Shown here: in pieces, positions 31,277-40,141 of the stretch
Layout of the letters: every line of letters starts with the position of its first letter
Numbering within the stretch: the first letter of the stretch is position 1
Translations under genes and position numbers: made by a program
From: Deinococcaceae bacterium
GTDB lineage: Bacteria; Deinococcota; Deinococci; Deinococcales; Trueperaceae
Length of the DNA: 40,141 bases
NCBI GenBank assembly: GCA_040256005.1
Contig: JBDZWC010000011.1
Location: 1 to 40,141, forward strand
Direction of reading: 5' to 3'
Notes under the pieces: generated by a model
Database searches by the model: none
The model's input: the letters and a program-made list of their open reading frames with translations, nothing else
What the model was told of the DNA's origin: nothing

Positions 31277-32101
31277 GTGCCCGGCCGGCCTCACCGGCGC
31301 GCGACCGGGGACGTGGACGCTGCGCCGAACGTGTGGACGGACGCTCGGTACGTGGCACGTGTCGAGCGCGCGGCGGCGATCGCGGTACCCCCGGAGGAGT
31401 CCTGGCGTGTGGGCCGCTGGCTCTGCGGCCGCGGGGCAGGAGGGCGCGTGGGCCGCGTCAACTCGGCCGCCGTCTACGAGAGCGGCGGTGGGAGCGCCAC
31501 GGCGGAGGAGCTCGCCAGCGTGGCGCGTAGCTACGAGTCGAGGGGCGCCCCTGTCCGGTTCCGCCTCACGCCCCTGACGCCCCAGAACGCTCTGCCGCTG
31601 CTCTTGGCCGCGGGTGGCCAGGTCTCGCGGCCCGTCGTGGTCATGACGTTGGACCTGGCGGCTGTGGGCGGTGCCGGCGGCCCGCCCACGGTGGAGCTGA
31701 CGCCCGGCGCCGGTGCGGGGTGGGCCGAGACCTACTTGAGCGCCTACGACGCGCGTGAGGGGCGTCCCAGGCTCGAACTGGCGGTAGCCGCCCCGTCACC
31801 GCGGCGCTTCGCTGTCGCCCGCTCCGAGCGGGGCGTGGCCGGCATCGCCCTCGGGGTGCTCGTCGACGGGGCGCTGGGCGTCTTCGACGTGTTGACCGTG
31901 CCGGAGCACCGCCGGACGGGCGTAGCGACCGCGACGGTCGGTGCGCTCCTGGAGTGGGGCCGGGGCGAGGGTGCCGACATCGCCTACCTGCAGGTTGCCG
32001 CCGACAACGCGGGCGCCCTGCGCCTGTACGAGAGGCTCGGGTTCGAGCCCGCCTACGAGTACCTCTACGCCTGGCCTGCCCCGCCCTCGTCGCCCGTGTA
32101 G
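31277..32101 (+). CDS. GNAT-family N-acetyltransferase
   Basis: T.PEHRRTGVA acetyl-CoA motif, AYLQV...N..A..LYERLGF; start uncertain. Confidence 0.85.
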   Translation: MPGRPHRRATGDVDAAPNVWTDARYVARVERAAAIAVPPEESWRVGRWLCGRGAGGRVGRVNSAAVYESGGGSATAEELASVARSYESRGAPVRFRLTPLTPQNALPLLLAAGGQVSRPVVVMTLDLAAVGGAGGPPTVELTPGAGAGWAETYLSAYDAREGRPRLELAVAAPSPRRFAVARSERGVAGIALGVLVDGALGVFDVLTVPEHRRTGVATATVGALLEWGRGEGADIAYLQVAADNAGALRLYERLGFEPAYEYLYAWPAPPSSPV

Positions 32102-32850
32102 GCGACCTCGATGGGACCGTACGGGGCGTCCTGCCGGGCCGTGACCCGGCCCTGTTTCACGAGCTCGAGCATCGCTGCGAAGGTGAGCGTCTTCATGGGC
32201 CAGTCCCCCGCGCCCAACAGGGTGAAGAGCAGGCCCTTGGCGATCCGACGCAGGCGCGCGAGCAGCCGGGCCGAGACCGTCGCGACGGTGAGCCCCTCCG
32301 ACGAGATCTCGAAGTAGCCGCCCAGCCGGTACCTGCCCGCCAGGCGCGCCAGGTCGTCCTTCGAGACGGCGAGCGGGCGCGGGGGACGCTCGAACGGCGG
32401 CCTGGGAGCGCGCGCCCTGACCACCAGCCTGCGCTCCTGGCGCCGCCGCCGCAGGAAGTCGATCGCCTGCTCCAGCTCCTCCAGCAGGGCGACGGTCTCC
32501 AGCGCCTCCTCGAGCGCAGCGGCCTCGGCCTCCTCCTCCGTCTGATCCGACGGTCGCGGCAACAGCAGGCGCAGCTTCAGCTCGATCACCTGCGCGACGC
32601 GCGGCAGGGCCTCGGACGCCAGCTCGAGGTCCGTGGCGGCCAGGCGCTCGAAGTACGCCAGGTAGTCGCGCGCCAGGCGGTACAGGTCCACGTCGTGTGG
32701 GGAGAGGCTCCTCGACCTGAGCGCGCCGGCGAGCTCGCTGACGGTGCCCGTGAAGGTGCCCATCGCGACCAGGTAGCCGCCGTCGGGGTCGAAGGCCCGG
32801 GAGCCCCGCACCTCGGGCTGCTCCTGCCGAGCGCTCAGAACGGCCGCCAC
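32065..32850 (-). CDS. scpA: Segregation/condensation protein A (SMC kleisin)
   Basis: FTG....L...L, A.VIELK.R.LLP, TFAAMLELVKQG.V...Q..PYG.I. Confidence 0.88.
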   Translation of the reverse strand: MAAVLSARQEQPEVRGSRAFDPDGGYLVAMGTFTGTVSELAGALRSRSLSPHDVDLYRLARDYLAYFERLAATDLELASEALPRVAQVIELKLRLLLPRPSDQTEEEAEAAALEEALETVALLEELEQAIDFLRRRRQERRLVVRARAPRPPFERPPRPLAVSKDDLARLAGRYRLGGYFEISSEGLTVATVSARLLARLRRIAKGLLFTLLGAGDWPMKTLTFAAMLELVKQGRVTARQDAPYGPIEVAYTGDEGGAGQA

Positions 32851-32938
32851 GTCGGCGAGCGTAACACCGCCCTCCGCGTCGCGCGGGCGGTGACGGCTGC
32901 GGTCGTCTCCTCATGAGGCGCGGTGGTAGCGTTCGCAA

Positions 32939-34750
32939 GTGACCGACGCGCGAGTCGCAGACGGGCGCCCCCGGGGAAGAGTCGAGCGCCCGACCACCCG
33001 AACGCTTCTCACTCTCCAGTTGATCGCTCTCTCGCTGTCGGCAGCCCTGGCCCAGGCAGCTCCGGCGGACGCGGAGGCCCTCGGCGAGATCGCCGTAGCG
33101 GGCGGCTACTCGCTCGAGGTCCACGCGAGCGGCCTGTTCCTGCCCACGGCGATCGAGTTCCTGCCGGACCCCGGGCCGGACCCGGGCGACCCCTACTACT
33201 TCGTGGGCGAGTTGCAGGGCCGCATCGACGTCGTTACTCGCGACGGCAGGGTCAGCGAGTTCGCGACGGTGCCGACGTACGGCATGCAAGACACGGGGCT
33301 GGACGGCGCCAGCCAGCAGGGTCTCGCCGGCCTGTGCGTGGCACCCTCCGGCCGGTACCTCTTCGCCACCTTCACGGACCCGGACGCAGGCGGGATCATC
33401 AGGAACCATATCGTCAGGTTCACGGTCACACCCACAGAGGACGGCCTGCGGGGCACCGACCCCACGCCCGTGGCGGGGGTGCTGGCAGAGTTCCAGTCGG
33501 CGCCCGCCCACCAGATCGGCGACTGCGTGATCGAGGGCGACCTGCTCTACGTGGGCGTGGGCGACGGCGGGTCGGCGCGCAACGCCACTGTGCCGGCCAC
33601 GCTGCTCGGCAAGGTGCTGTGCATGACGCTGGCAGGCGACCCTTGCCCCGACCCTCCCTACGGTACCGATGGGCCCGCCGCCTACGTCTACGCCAAGGGC
33701 TTCCGCAACCCGTTCGCCCTCGGGTTCGACGGCACGCGTCTGGTGGCGGCCGAGAACGGCATCGACCTCGATAGGTTCCTGGCCATCCAGCGCGGAGCGG
33801 ACCACCTGTGGGACGGTCGCGACTCGTCCCTCACGGCGGCGGCCGAGCTGGTCTTCCCCGAGCCGTTCTCGCCGGTACAGCTCGCGTACGTGCCGGCAGG
33901 CGCCCCGTACATGGCGCCCGGTTGGTCGGGCCACTACCTGGCCGCCGGCTTCGGCTCGGCCAACGTGCCCGCCGGGGTCGCCTTCTTCGGAGGCGCAGGC
34001 GAGGGCGACAAGCTCACGACGCCACCCACGTACCTGGTGCAGTCCACGGCAGCCCCCAACGCCCAGCACTTCGCCGGCGTCGCCGTCGGCGACGACGGCC
34101 TCTACGTCACCCCGATGGTGCCGTTGGACGGGCTCGAGGGCGTGGTGCTGCGGGTCCGCTACGACCCGGACCAGGCGCACGCCGTGGTCGCCAAGGCGAC
34201 GCCCGGCCTGAGCCGCAACGCCGGGATCAGCGTGCTCGAAGAGCTGGGCTGCACCGGCTGCCACGAGATCGCCGGCCAAGGTGGGGGCATCGGTCCAGTG
34301 CTGACGCAGTTCGACTTCAACTACGGCATCACCGAGCGTCTCAACTCGGCGCAGTACGAGGAGGACCTGCGGGCGATGATGGCCGACCCGGACGACCCGT
34401 ACGCGTACATGAACGACGCCCGCGCACAGATTCTGGCAGCCTCCGGCCGCCAGCGCACCAGCGTGTGGCTCGTGAACATGATCCAGGAGCCGCGCTTCGA
34501 CGACCCCGAGCGACTGATGCCGAAGCTCGGGCTGACGGCCGAGCAAGCGAGGCTGGCGCGCGACGAGCTGTTCCAGGTGCTGTCAGTGAACGTGCACGGC
34601 GACACCGGGCTGGCCCGGTACCTCTCGATCCTGCGGTCCAACTGGCGGCCGTTGGCCGTGGGCGCGGTCGGAGGGGCGCTGCTCGTCCTCGTCATCGTGC
34701 TCGTCGCGCGACTAGCGGGGCGGGGCCGCCGGCGCCGCGTGACGGCCTGA
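32939..34750 (+). CDS. Exported glucose/sorbosone-dehydrogenase-like beta-propeller fused to a c-type cytochrome, with C-terminal membrane anchor
   Basis: Signal peptide; GL..PTAIEF, LYVGVGDGG, LGKVL, AKGFRNPFAL; CTGCH heme motif; LMP; C-terminal hydrophobic helix followed by RGRRRR. Confidence 0.8.
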   Translation: MTDARVADGRPRGRVERPTTRTLLTLQLIALSLSAALAQAAPADAEALGEIAVAGGYSLEVHASGLFLPTAIEFLPDPGPDPGDPYYFVGELQGRIDVVTRDGRVSEFATVPTYGMQDTGLDGASQQGLAGLCVAPSGRYLFATFTDPDAGGIIRNHIVRFTVTPTEDGLRGTDPTPVAGVLAEFQSAPAHQIGDCVIEGDLLYVGVGDGGSARNATVPATLLGKVLCMTLAGDPCPDPPYGTDGPAAYVYAKGFRNPFALGFDGTRLVAAENGIDLDRFLAIQRGADHLWDGRDSSLTAAAELVFPEPFSPVQLAYVPAGAPYMAPGWSGHYLAAGFGSANVPAGVAFFGGAGEGDKLTTPPTYLVQSTAAPNAQHFAGVAVGDDGLYVTPMVPLDGLEGVVLRVRYDPDQAHAVVAKATPGLSRNAGISVLEELGCTGCHEIAGQGGGIGPVLTQFDFNYGITERLNSAQYEEDLRAMMADPDDPYAYMNDARAQILAASGRQRTSVWLVNMIQEPRFDDPERLMPKLGLTAEQARLARDELFQVLSVNVHGDTGLARYLSILRSNWRPLAVGAVGGALLVLVIVLVARLAGRGRRRRVTA

Positions 34751-34761
34751 TCCGTACGCCT

Positions 34762-35385
34762 TCAGTCCAGGAAAGGGTCGCCGCCCTGACTAGCCAGGTG
34801 CCGGGTGTCGTTGACGCGCTCCACCAGCACCTCTTCGCCCCTGAAGAGCACGCGACTCACGCTGGCGTGCCGCAGGTAGATGCGCTTGCGCCACCTGACC
34901 TTCTCGACCCCCAGCACGTGCGCCAGGACCATCTGGATGGTGCCGGAGTGGGTGACGGCCACCACGTGTCGAGCGCCCGAGTCGGCGACCTCGTCCATCC
35001 AGGCCACCGCCCTCTGCCTGAGCATCGAGTAGCTCTCGCCACCCGGGGCGGCCAGGTCGAACGGGTCCGAGAACCAGGTGGCCCAGCCCGGGTGTAGTTC
35101 GTTCTCCGCCTGGGTCTTGCCCTCGAACTCGCCGAAGCTGAGCTCCTTGAGCCGCGCGTCCAACCGCAGCTCGCGACCCGGGAACGCGATCTCTGCGGTC
35201 TCCACGGCCCTCCTGAGAGGGCTCGAGAAGACCTCCGCGCCCGGCTCTAGACGCGCGACGTAGTCGCGCAGTCGCCGCGCCTGGGCCCTGCCCTCGTCGT
35301 TGAGCTCCGTGTCCGCCGAGCCCTGGAACCTACCGGAGGCGTTCCAGTCGGTGAGCGCGTGGCGGATGAGCGTCAGGCGCAGCAC
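34762..35385 (-). CDS. Histidine phosphatase (phosphoglycerate-mutase-like) family protein
   Basis: LIRHA.T.WN...FQG..D, SSPLRRA.ETA, E..FG.FEG, PGGES, VTHSG. Confidence 0.9.
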   Translation of the reverse strand: MLRLTLIRHALTDWNASGRFQGSADTELNDEGRAQARRLRDYVARLEPGAEVFSSPLRRAVETAEIAFPGRELRLDARLKELSFGEFEGKTQAENELHPGWATWFSDPFDLAAPGGESYSMLRQRAVAWMDEVADSGARHVVAVTHSGTIQMVLAHVLGVEKVRWRKRIYLRHASVSRVLFRGEEVLVERVNDTRHLASQGGDPFLD

Positions 35386-35392
35386 GAGTGCG

Positions 35393-35416
35393 AGTCTAAC
35401 AGGGGCGTGATAGCGT
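35393..35416. promoter_or_regulatory. Divergent leaderless promoters in a 36-nt gap
   Basis: Minus TGtTAGACT, 7 nt, GTG 35385; plus TGaTAGCGT, 5 nt, ATG 35422. Confidence 0.6.
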
Positions 35417-35421
35417 CCAGC

Positions 35422-36144
35422 ATGCCAGTAGAGGCGCCAGACAACGTCGCGCTCGTGACCGGCGCGAGCCGCGGGATAGGCCTCGCGATAGCGGAGGCCC
35501 TGCTTGACGCCGGCATGTCCGTCGCGCTGAACGGGCGTGACGAGAGTCGTCTCGGGAACGCGGCGGCCGCCCTCGAGGAGAGGTTCCCCGGCCGCACCCT
35601 CGCGGTGCCATTCGACGTCGCCGACCTAGCCGCCCAGCAGGCAGGCGTGGCGCGCGTCCTCGAGCGGTTCGGTCGGCTTGACCTCGTGGTCGCCAACGCC
35701 GGCGTGGGCGCCTTCGGGCCGGTGGACGAGCTGGACGAGGCCACCTGGCGGAGGGTCATAGACACTAACCTCACCGGCGCGTTCTTCACGGTCAAGGCGA
35801 CCGCCCAAGCGCTCAAGGAGACAGGTGGCATGCTCGTCACCGTCGCCAGCCTGGCCGGCGTCAACTTCTTCGCCGGCGGAGCGGCGTACAACGCCAGCAA
35901 GTTCGGCCTCGTCGGCTTCTCACAGGCGGCCATGCTCGACCTCCGCGAACAGGGCGTACGCGTGTCCACGATCCTGCCCGGGTCCGTCGCGACCGGCTTC
36001 AACGACCGCACCGTGAGCGAGGCCGACGGCTGGAAGATACAGCCAGGGGACATCGCCGACACCGTGCTCTACCTGTGGCGCATGCCGGCCAGGACGCTGC
36101 CCAGTAAGGTCGAGATCAGGCCCACCAGGCCGCGCCGCGGCTGA
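35422..36144 (+). CDS. Short-chain dehydrogenase/reductase
   Basis: TGASRGIG, NAG, S, YNASK; start ATG 35422 after TGaTAGCGT. Confidence 0.92.
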   Translation: MPVEAPDNVALVTGASRGIGLAIAEALLDAGMSVALNGRDESRLGNAAAALEERFPGRTLAVPFDVADLAAQQAGVARVLERFGRLDLVVANAGVGAFGPVDELDEATWRRVIDTNLTGAFFTVKATAQALKETGGMLVTVASLAGVNFFAGGAAYNASKFGLVGFSQAAMLDLREQGVRVSTILPGSVATGFNDRTVSEADGWKIQPGDIADTVLYLWRMPARTLPSKVEIRPTRPRRG

Positions 36145-36149
36145 GCCCG

Positions 36150-37178
36150 GTGAACCTGTACGGCCGCCTGCGTCCGGCCCTGTTCCGGCTGGACGCGGAG
36201 CGTGCCCACGAGCTGACGATGGGCGGGCTCGCCCTGGCCTCGCGCTCGCTCCTGGCGCTGCGGGCGCTGCGGGTCGCGTACGCGACCTCCGCCACCGACC
36301 CGGCACAGGGCGTCGAGGCTTTCGGCCTGCGCTTCCCCAACCGCGTGGGGCTGGCCGCCGGCCTGGACAAGGACGGCGTGGCCGTGCCCGCCCTGGCCGC
36401 CTTGGGCTTCGGGTTCGTCGAGGTGGGTACCGTCACGGCGGTTCCCCAGGCGGGCAACGACCGGCCGCGGCTCTTCCGCCTGGTAGAGGACGAAGCGCTC
36501 ATCAACCGCATGGGCTTCAACAACCGTGGCGCGGCGGGCCTGGCGGCACGCCTGGCGCGGTTCAAGAGCCTGCACGGCGACTGGCTGCCGCCCGTGGGCG
36601 TGAACGTCGGCAAGTCGCGCATCGTCGCTCCCGAGGACGCACCGGCCGACTACCGAGCGGCCCTCACCACCGTGTGGGACGTCGCCGACTACCTGGCCGT
36701 GAACGTCTCGTCGCCGAACACCCCCGGGCTGCGCGACCTGCAGGCGGCCGCGCCGCTGCGTGCCGTGTTGTCCGCGGCGCGGTCGGTAGCCGATGAGCGC
36801 GGACCCAAGCCCGTGCTGGTCAAGCTCTCCCCCGACCTCGGCGCCTCCGCGCTGCTAGAGGCGGCCAGAGTGGCCGAGGACGAGGGCGCCGCCGGTCTCA
36901 TCGTCACCAACACGACCGTATCTCGGCCTGGACTTGGGAGTCCCCTGGCGCGCGAGGAAGGCGGTCTGTCGGGCAAACCGCTCGCGCCCCTCGCGGTCGC
37001 TGCCCTACGGGCCCTGGCGGACGCCACCAGGCTGCCCCTGGTCTCGGTCGGCGGCATCTTCACCCCCGACGACGTCGCGCTCAGGCTCTCCGCCGGCGCC
37101 ACCCTGGTGCAGGTCTATACGTCGTTCGTCTACGAGGGGCCGCGGTTGCCGCGTTACCTGGCGAGTCGGTCGGGCTGA
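36150..37178 (+). CDS. pyrD: Quinone-dependent dihydroorotate dehydrogenase (class 2)
   Basis: LFRLDAERAH, GLAAGLDK, INRMGFNN, NVSSPNTPGLR, VKLSPD, TNTT, GGLSG. Confidence 0.96.
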   Translation: MNLYGRLRPALFRLDAERAHELTMGGLALASRSLLALRALRVAYATSATDPAQGVEAFGLRFPNRVGLAAGLDKDGVAVPALAALGFGFVEVGTVTAVPQAGNDRPRLFRLVEDEALINRMGFNNRGAAGLAARLARFKSLHGDWLPPVGVNVGKSRIVAPEDAPADYRAALTTVWDVADYLAVNVSSPNTPGLRDLQAAAPLRAVLSAARSVADERGPKPVLVKLSPDLGASALLEAARVAEDEGAAGLIVTNTTVSRPGLGSPLAREEGGLSGKPLAPLAVAALRALADATRLPLVSVGGIFTPDDVALRLSAGATLVQVYTSFVYEGPRLPRYLASRSG

Positions 37179-37187
37179 GCGCCGCGC

Positions 37188-37760
37188 CTAGCGGCGCGGC
37201 GTCCACTTCACCTCGTCCACGCCGGCCCGCACGTTGGCCACGCGGGCCAGCGTGAAGAGCAGGTCGGAGAGGCGGTTGAGCGCCACCAGCACCTGGGGGT
37301 TGAGGTCGGTCCGGCGGGAGAGCGTGAGCGTCTCGCGCTCGGCCCGCCGCACCGTCGCCCGCGCGAGCTGAAGCGCCGCCGAGGCCGGCGTGCCGGCCGG
37401 CAGCACGAAGTTTGTGAGGGGCGGGAGCTCCTCTGTGAGTTCGTCGATCAGGGCCTCGAGGCGCTCGACGTCGCCTGCGCTTATGGGCGTCACGTAGTCA
37501 CGCGTGTTGGCCGCCAGTGGGGTGGCCAGGTCTGCGCCGATGTCGAACAGCAATGACTGCAGCGCCTGCAGCTCGAGGTCGAGGGAGCGCAGCGTGGACC
37601 CCTCGGGCTCCGCCAGCAGGGCCGCGCGAGCGAGACCCAGCGCCGAGTTCGCCTCGTCGACGGCGCCGTACGCCGCCACCCTGGCGTCGTCCTTGGGCAC
37701 CCGTCCTCCACCGAAAAGGGCCGTGGTGCCGTCGTCCCCTGTGCGGGTGTAGACCTTCAT
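37188..37760 (-). CDS. ATP:cob(I)alamin adenosyltransferase, PduO type
   Basis: [26 protein letters not shown]...RRAER, LNRLSD.LF. Confidence 0.94.
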   Translation of the reverse strand: MKVYTRTGDDGTTALFGGGRVPKDDARVAAYGAVDEANSALGLARAALLAEPEGSTLRSLDLELQALQSLLFDIGADLATPLAANTRDYVTPISAGDVERLEALIDELTEELPPLTNFVLPAGTPASAALQLARATVRRAERETLTLSRRTDLNPQVLVALNRLSDLLFTLARVANVRAGVDEVKWTPRR

Positions 37761-39067
37761 GCCCCTTCCGCCTCACCCACGCCGGTGGCTGCCTCGTCCG
37801 CCTCGACGGCGGCGTGTTGCCCGCCGGCCGCAGCGCTGTCCGCGACCTCGCCCGTGCCGTACCGCTTGGCCACGTACTCCGTGAGCATCGCGTTGAACCG
37901 CGGGACGATGTCGTCGCCCTGCAGCGTGGTCACCAGGCTGCCGTCCTGGTACACGGGTGCGCGCGGCGACTCGCCGGTGCCTGGCAGGCTGATGCCGATG
38001 TCGGCGTGCTTGGACTCCCCCGGCCCGTTGACCACGCAGCCCATCACCGCGACCCTGAGGTGCTCGACCCCGGGGTAGAGCCGTTGCCACACGGGCATCT
38101 GGGACTTCAGGAACGACTGCACGTCTCGCGCCATCTCCTGGAACAGGGTGCTGGTGGTGCGGCCGCAACCGGGACAGGCGGTGACGCTGGGTGCGTAGCG
38201 CCTGATGTCGAGGGACTGCAGGATCTCCTGAGCGATCTCGACCTCGCGTTCGCGCGGCGCGCCGGGGTCCGGAGTGAGGGAAACCCGGATCGTGTCGCCG
38301 ATGCCCTCGGCCAACAGCGGCGCCAACGCGGCCGTGCTGGCGACGGCGCCGCGCACGCCCATGCCGGCCTCGGTCAGGCCCAGGTGCAGAGGGTAGTCGC
38401 AGCGCGCCGCCAGGCGCCGGTAGACGTCCCACAGGTCGCGCACGCCCGAGACCTTGGCGCTGATGATGATGTGGTCGTGGGCCAGGCCCCTGGCCTCGGC
38501 CAGTTCCGCGGAGTCCAGCGCGCTCCTCAGCATCGCCTCGACGAGCACATCGCGGGCGTCCTGCGGCTCCGGCGCCCTGGCGTTCTCGTCCATCAGGGCC
38601 GTCAGCAGCTCCTGGTCGAGCGAGCCCCAGTTGACCCCGATGCGCACCGGCTTGTCGTTGTGGATCGCGACGTCGATGATCGTCAGGAAGTTCTCGTCAT
38701 GACGCTTCCTTGGCCCTACGTTGCCCGGGTTGATCCGGTACTTGTCGAGCGCCATGGCCGCCGCCGGGTGGTCGACGAGCAGCTTGTGACCGTTGAAGTG
38801 GAAGTCGCCGACCAGCGGCACGGTGGCTCCCATGTCCAGGAGCCTCTCCCTTATCTCCGGCACGGCCCGCGCGGCGGCATCGTTGTTCACGGTCAGCCGG
38901 ACGATCTCGCTGCCGGCTGTCCACAGCTCGTACACCTGCAGCGCCGTTCCGGCCGCGTCCGCCGTGTCCGTGTTGGTCATGCTCTGCACGACGACGGGGT
39001 GGCCGCTGCCTACCGGCACGCCGCCCACCCAGGTCGTCGGCGTGCTGCGCCTGAGCGTCAAGTCCAC
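37757..39067 (-). CDS. ispG: (E)-4-hydroxy-3-methylbut-2-enyl-diphosphate synthase
   Basis: [62 protein letters not shown]. Confidence 0.97.
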   Translation of the reverse strand: MDLTLRRSTPTTWVGGVPVGSGHPVVVQSMTNTDTADAAGTALQVYELWTAGSEIVRLTVNNDAAARAVPEIRERLLDMGATVPLVGDFHFNGHKLLVDHPAAAMALDKYRINPGNVGPRKRHDENFLTIIDVAIHNDKPVRIGVNWGSLDQELLTALMDENARAPEPQDARDVLVEAMLRSALDSAELAEARGLAHDHIIISAKVSGVRDLWDVYRRLAARCDYPLHLGLTEAGMGVRGAVASTAALAPLLAEGIGDTIRVSLTPDPGAPREREVEIAQEILQSLDIRRYAPSVTACPGCGRTTSTLFQEMARDVQSFLKSQMPVWQRLYPGVEHLRVAVMGCVVNGPGESKHADIGISLPGTGESPRAPVYQDGSLVTTLQGDDIVPRFNAMLTEYVAKRYGTGEVADSAAAGGQHAAVEADEAATGVGEAEGA

Positions 39068-39118
39068 GTGCCGCAGGATACCCGTGCCGCGACACGGCGG
39101 CGGTTCGCGCGGGCCCTC

Positions 39119-39889
39119 TTACGAGCCCCCGCCCAGGAGCCGCAGCACCTCCGGCAGCAGCTGGCGGTTGCAGCTGAGGCCCGAACCGCCGTGTATGCCC
39201 GGTCGGCCCCGCACGTCACCGAACCAGCCGCCGGCTTCCTCGAGGATCACCCCGAACGGGCCGGCGTCGTGAGGCGCCAGGAAGGGGTCGACCATCACCT
39301 CGACCCTGCCCGTCGCCACGCAGGCGTGCCCGTAGGCGTCCGACCAGCCGGGGCGGTGATAGGTGGCGGACATCAGCCGTCGCCACCCCTCCCCCAGGCC
39401 AGCCTTCTCGAACGAGGCGGCGTCCGTGAACGCGACCATCGCCCGGGACAGGTCGTTCGTCTCGCGCACGCGCACGGGGCGACCGTTCAGGAACGCCCCA
39501 CCCCCACGCGCCGCGTACACGACCTCCCCCAAGGCCGGGAAGTTCGCCGCGCCGACGACGACCTCGCCGTCCACCTCCAGCGCCAGCAGGTTGGCGTAGA
39601 GCGGCACGCCGCGCATGAAGCTCTTGGTCCCGTCGATGGGGTCTATGTACCAGCGAGCGCCGGCGCTCTCGTTGGAGACGCCGTGCTCCTCGCCCTGGAT
39701 GCCGTGCTCCGGGAACGCACGCTCGAGCCGTGCCCGGATCAGCTCCTCGGCACGAACGTCGGCCTCCGTGACCGGCGTGCCGTCGCCTTTGGTCCGCGGC
39801 TCCGGCGCCCGCTCGAAGTAGCCCAACGTCAGCCGACCCGCGTCGTGGACGGCTTCCAGACACACGGCCAGGGCGTCGGACAGGTCCAT
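39119..39889 (-). CDS. Inositol-monophosphatase family protein, probably HisN-type histidinol-phosphatase
   Basis: [32 protein letters not shown]. Confidence 0.85.
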   Translation of the reverse strand: MDLSDALAVCLEAVHDAGRLTLGYFERAPEPRTKGDGTPVTEADVRAEELIRARLERAFPEHGIQGEEHGVSNESAGARWYIDPIDGTKSFMRGVPLYANLLALEVDGEVVVGAANFPALGEVVYAARGGGAFLNGRPVRVRETNDLSRAMVAFTDAASFEKAGLGEGWRRLMSATYHRPGWSDAYGHACVATGRVEVMVDPFLAPHDAGPFGVILEEAGGWFGDVRGRPGIHGGSGLSCNRQLLPEVLRLLGGGS

Positions 39890-39924
39890 GCGGTGCTACC
39901 ATACAGCGCCATGTCGAAGGCGCC

Positions 39925-40141
39925 ATGCTGAAGACCAGGGAGCAGCTCGAGGCGGACGAGCGCCGGGCGTTGTCCCCGTACGCCAGCCTGGCCGGCGAGT
40001 CGCGTGGGCGTATCCACCCGGAGCGGGAGAGCGCCCACCGCACGGCGTTCCAGAAGGACCGGGACCGCGTCCTGCACACCAGCGCGTTCAGGCGGCTCGA
40101 GTACAAGACCCAGGTGTTCGTCAACTACGAGGGCGACTACT
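39925..40141 (+). CDS. dgt: dGTP triphosphohydrolase-like HD protein (5' part; runs off the window)
   Basis: [12 protein letters not shown]...LSPYA...[27 protein letters not shown]; absent from the ORF track because it is truncated. Confidence 0.92.
   Translation, partial: MLKTREQLEADERRALSPYASLAGESRGRIHPERESAHRTAFQKDRDRVLHTSAFRRLEYKTQVFVNYEGDY

Noticed and set aside
31796..34546. 916-aa minus-strand ORF, the longest in the track
   Set aside because: It spans the GNAT, scpA and propeller-cytochrome genes and has the composition typical of reverse-frame reading.
37517..39931. 804-aa plus-strand ORF
   Set aside because: Antisense to the adenosyltransferase, ispG and the IMPase-family gene.

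Overview
High-GC, gene-dense housekeeping region. The MPRAKTG-type L20, short GidA paralogue, futalosine-pathway genes and many apparently leaderless TANNNT promoters suggest a Deinococcota (Trueperaceae-like) bacterium (inference). It holds about 43 CDSs. Translation: prfB with a programmed +1 frameshift, infC-rpmI-rplT, def, fmt, der, typA. Isoprenoid/menaquinone: dxr, ispG, mqnD, an MqnP/UbiA-type prenyltransferase, ubiE/menG. Also the cdaA-cdaR c-di-AMP module, a split B12 acyl-CoA mutase plus a PduO adenosyltransferase, hisD, a HisN-like phosphatase, pyrD, scpA, two M50 proteases and several unknown proteins. I see no rRNA, tRNA, CRISPR array, IS, integrase or defence island. Best leads: (1) the 'methylmalonyl-CoA mutase' carries the Phe/Gln active-site signature of isobutyryl-CoA-type mutases; (2) a membrane-anchored sugar-dehydrogenase-like beta-propeller fused to cytochrome c with degenerate PQQ motifs; (3) a candidate leaderless uORF plus terminator hairpin before the zinc-ribbon gene; (4) a menG-unknown-short GidA operon with a probable CTG start. 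All family assignments come from motif recognition, not database searches.
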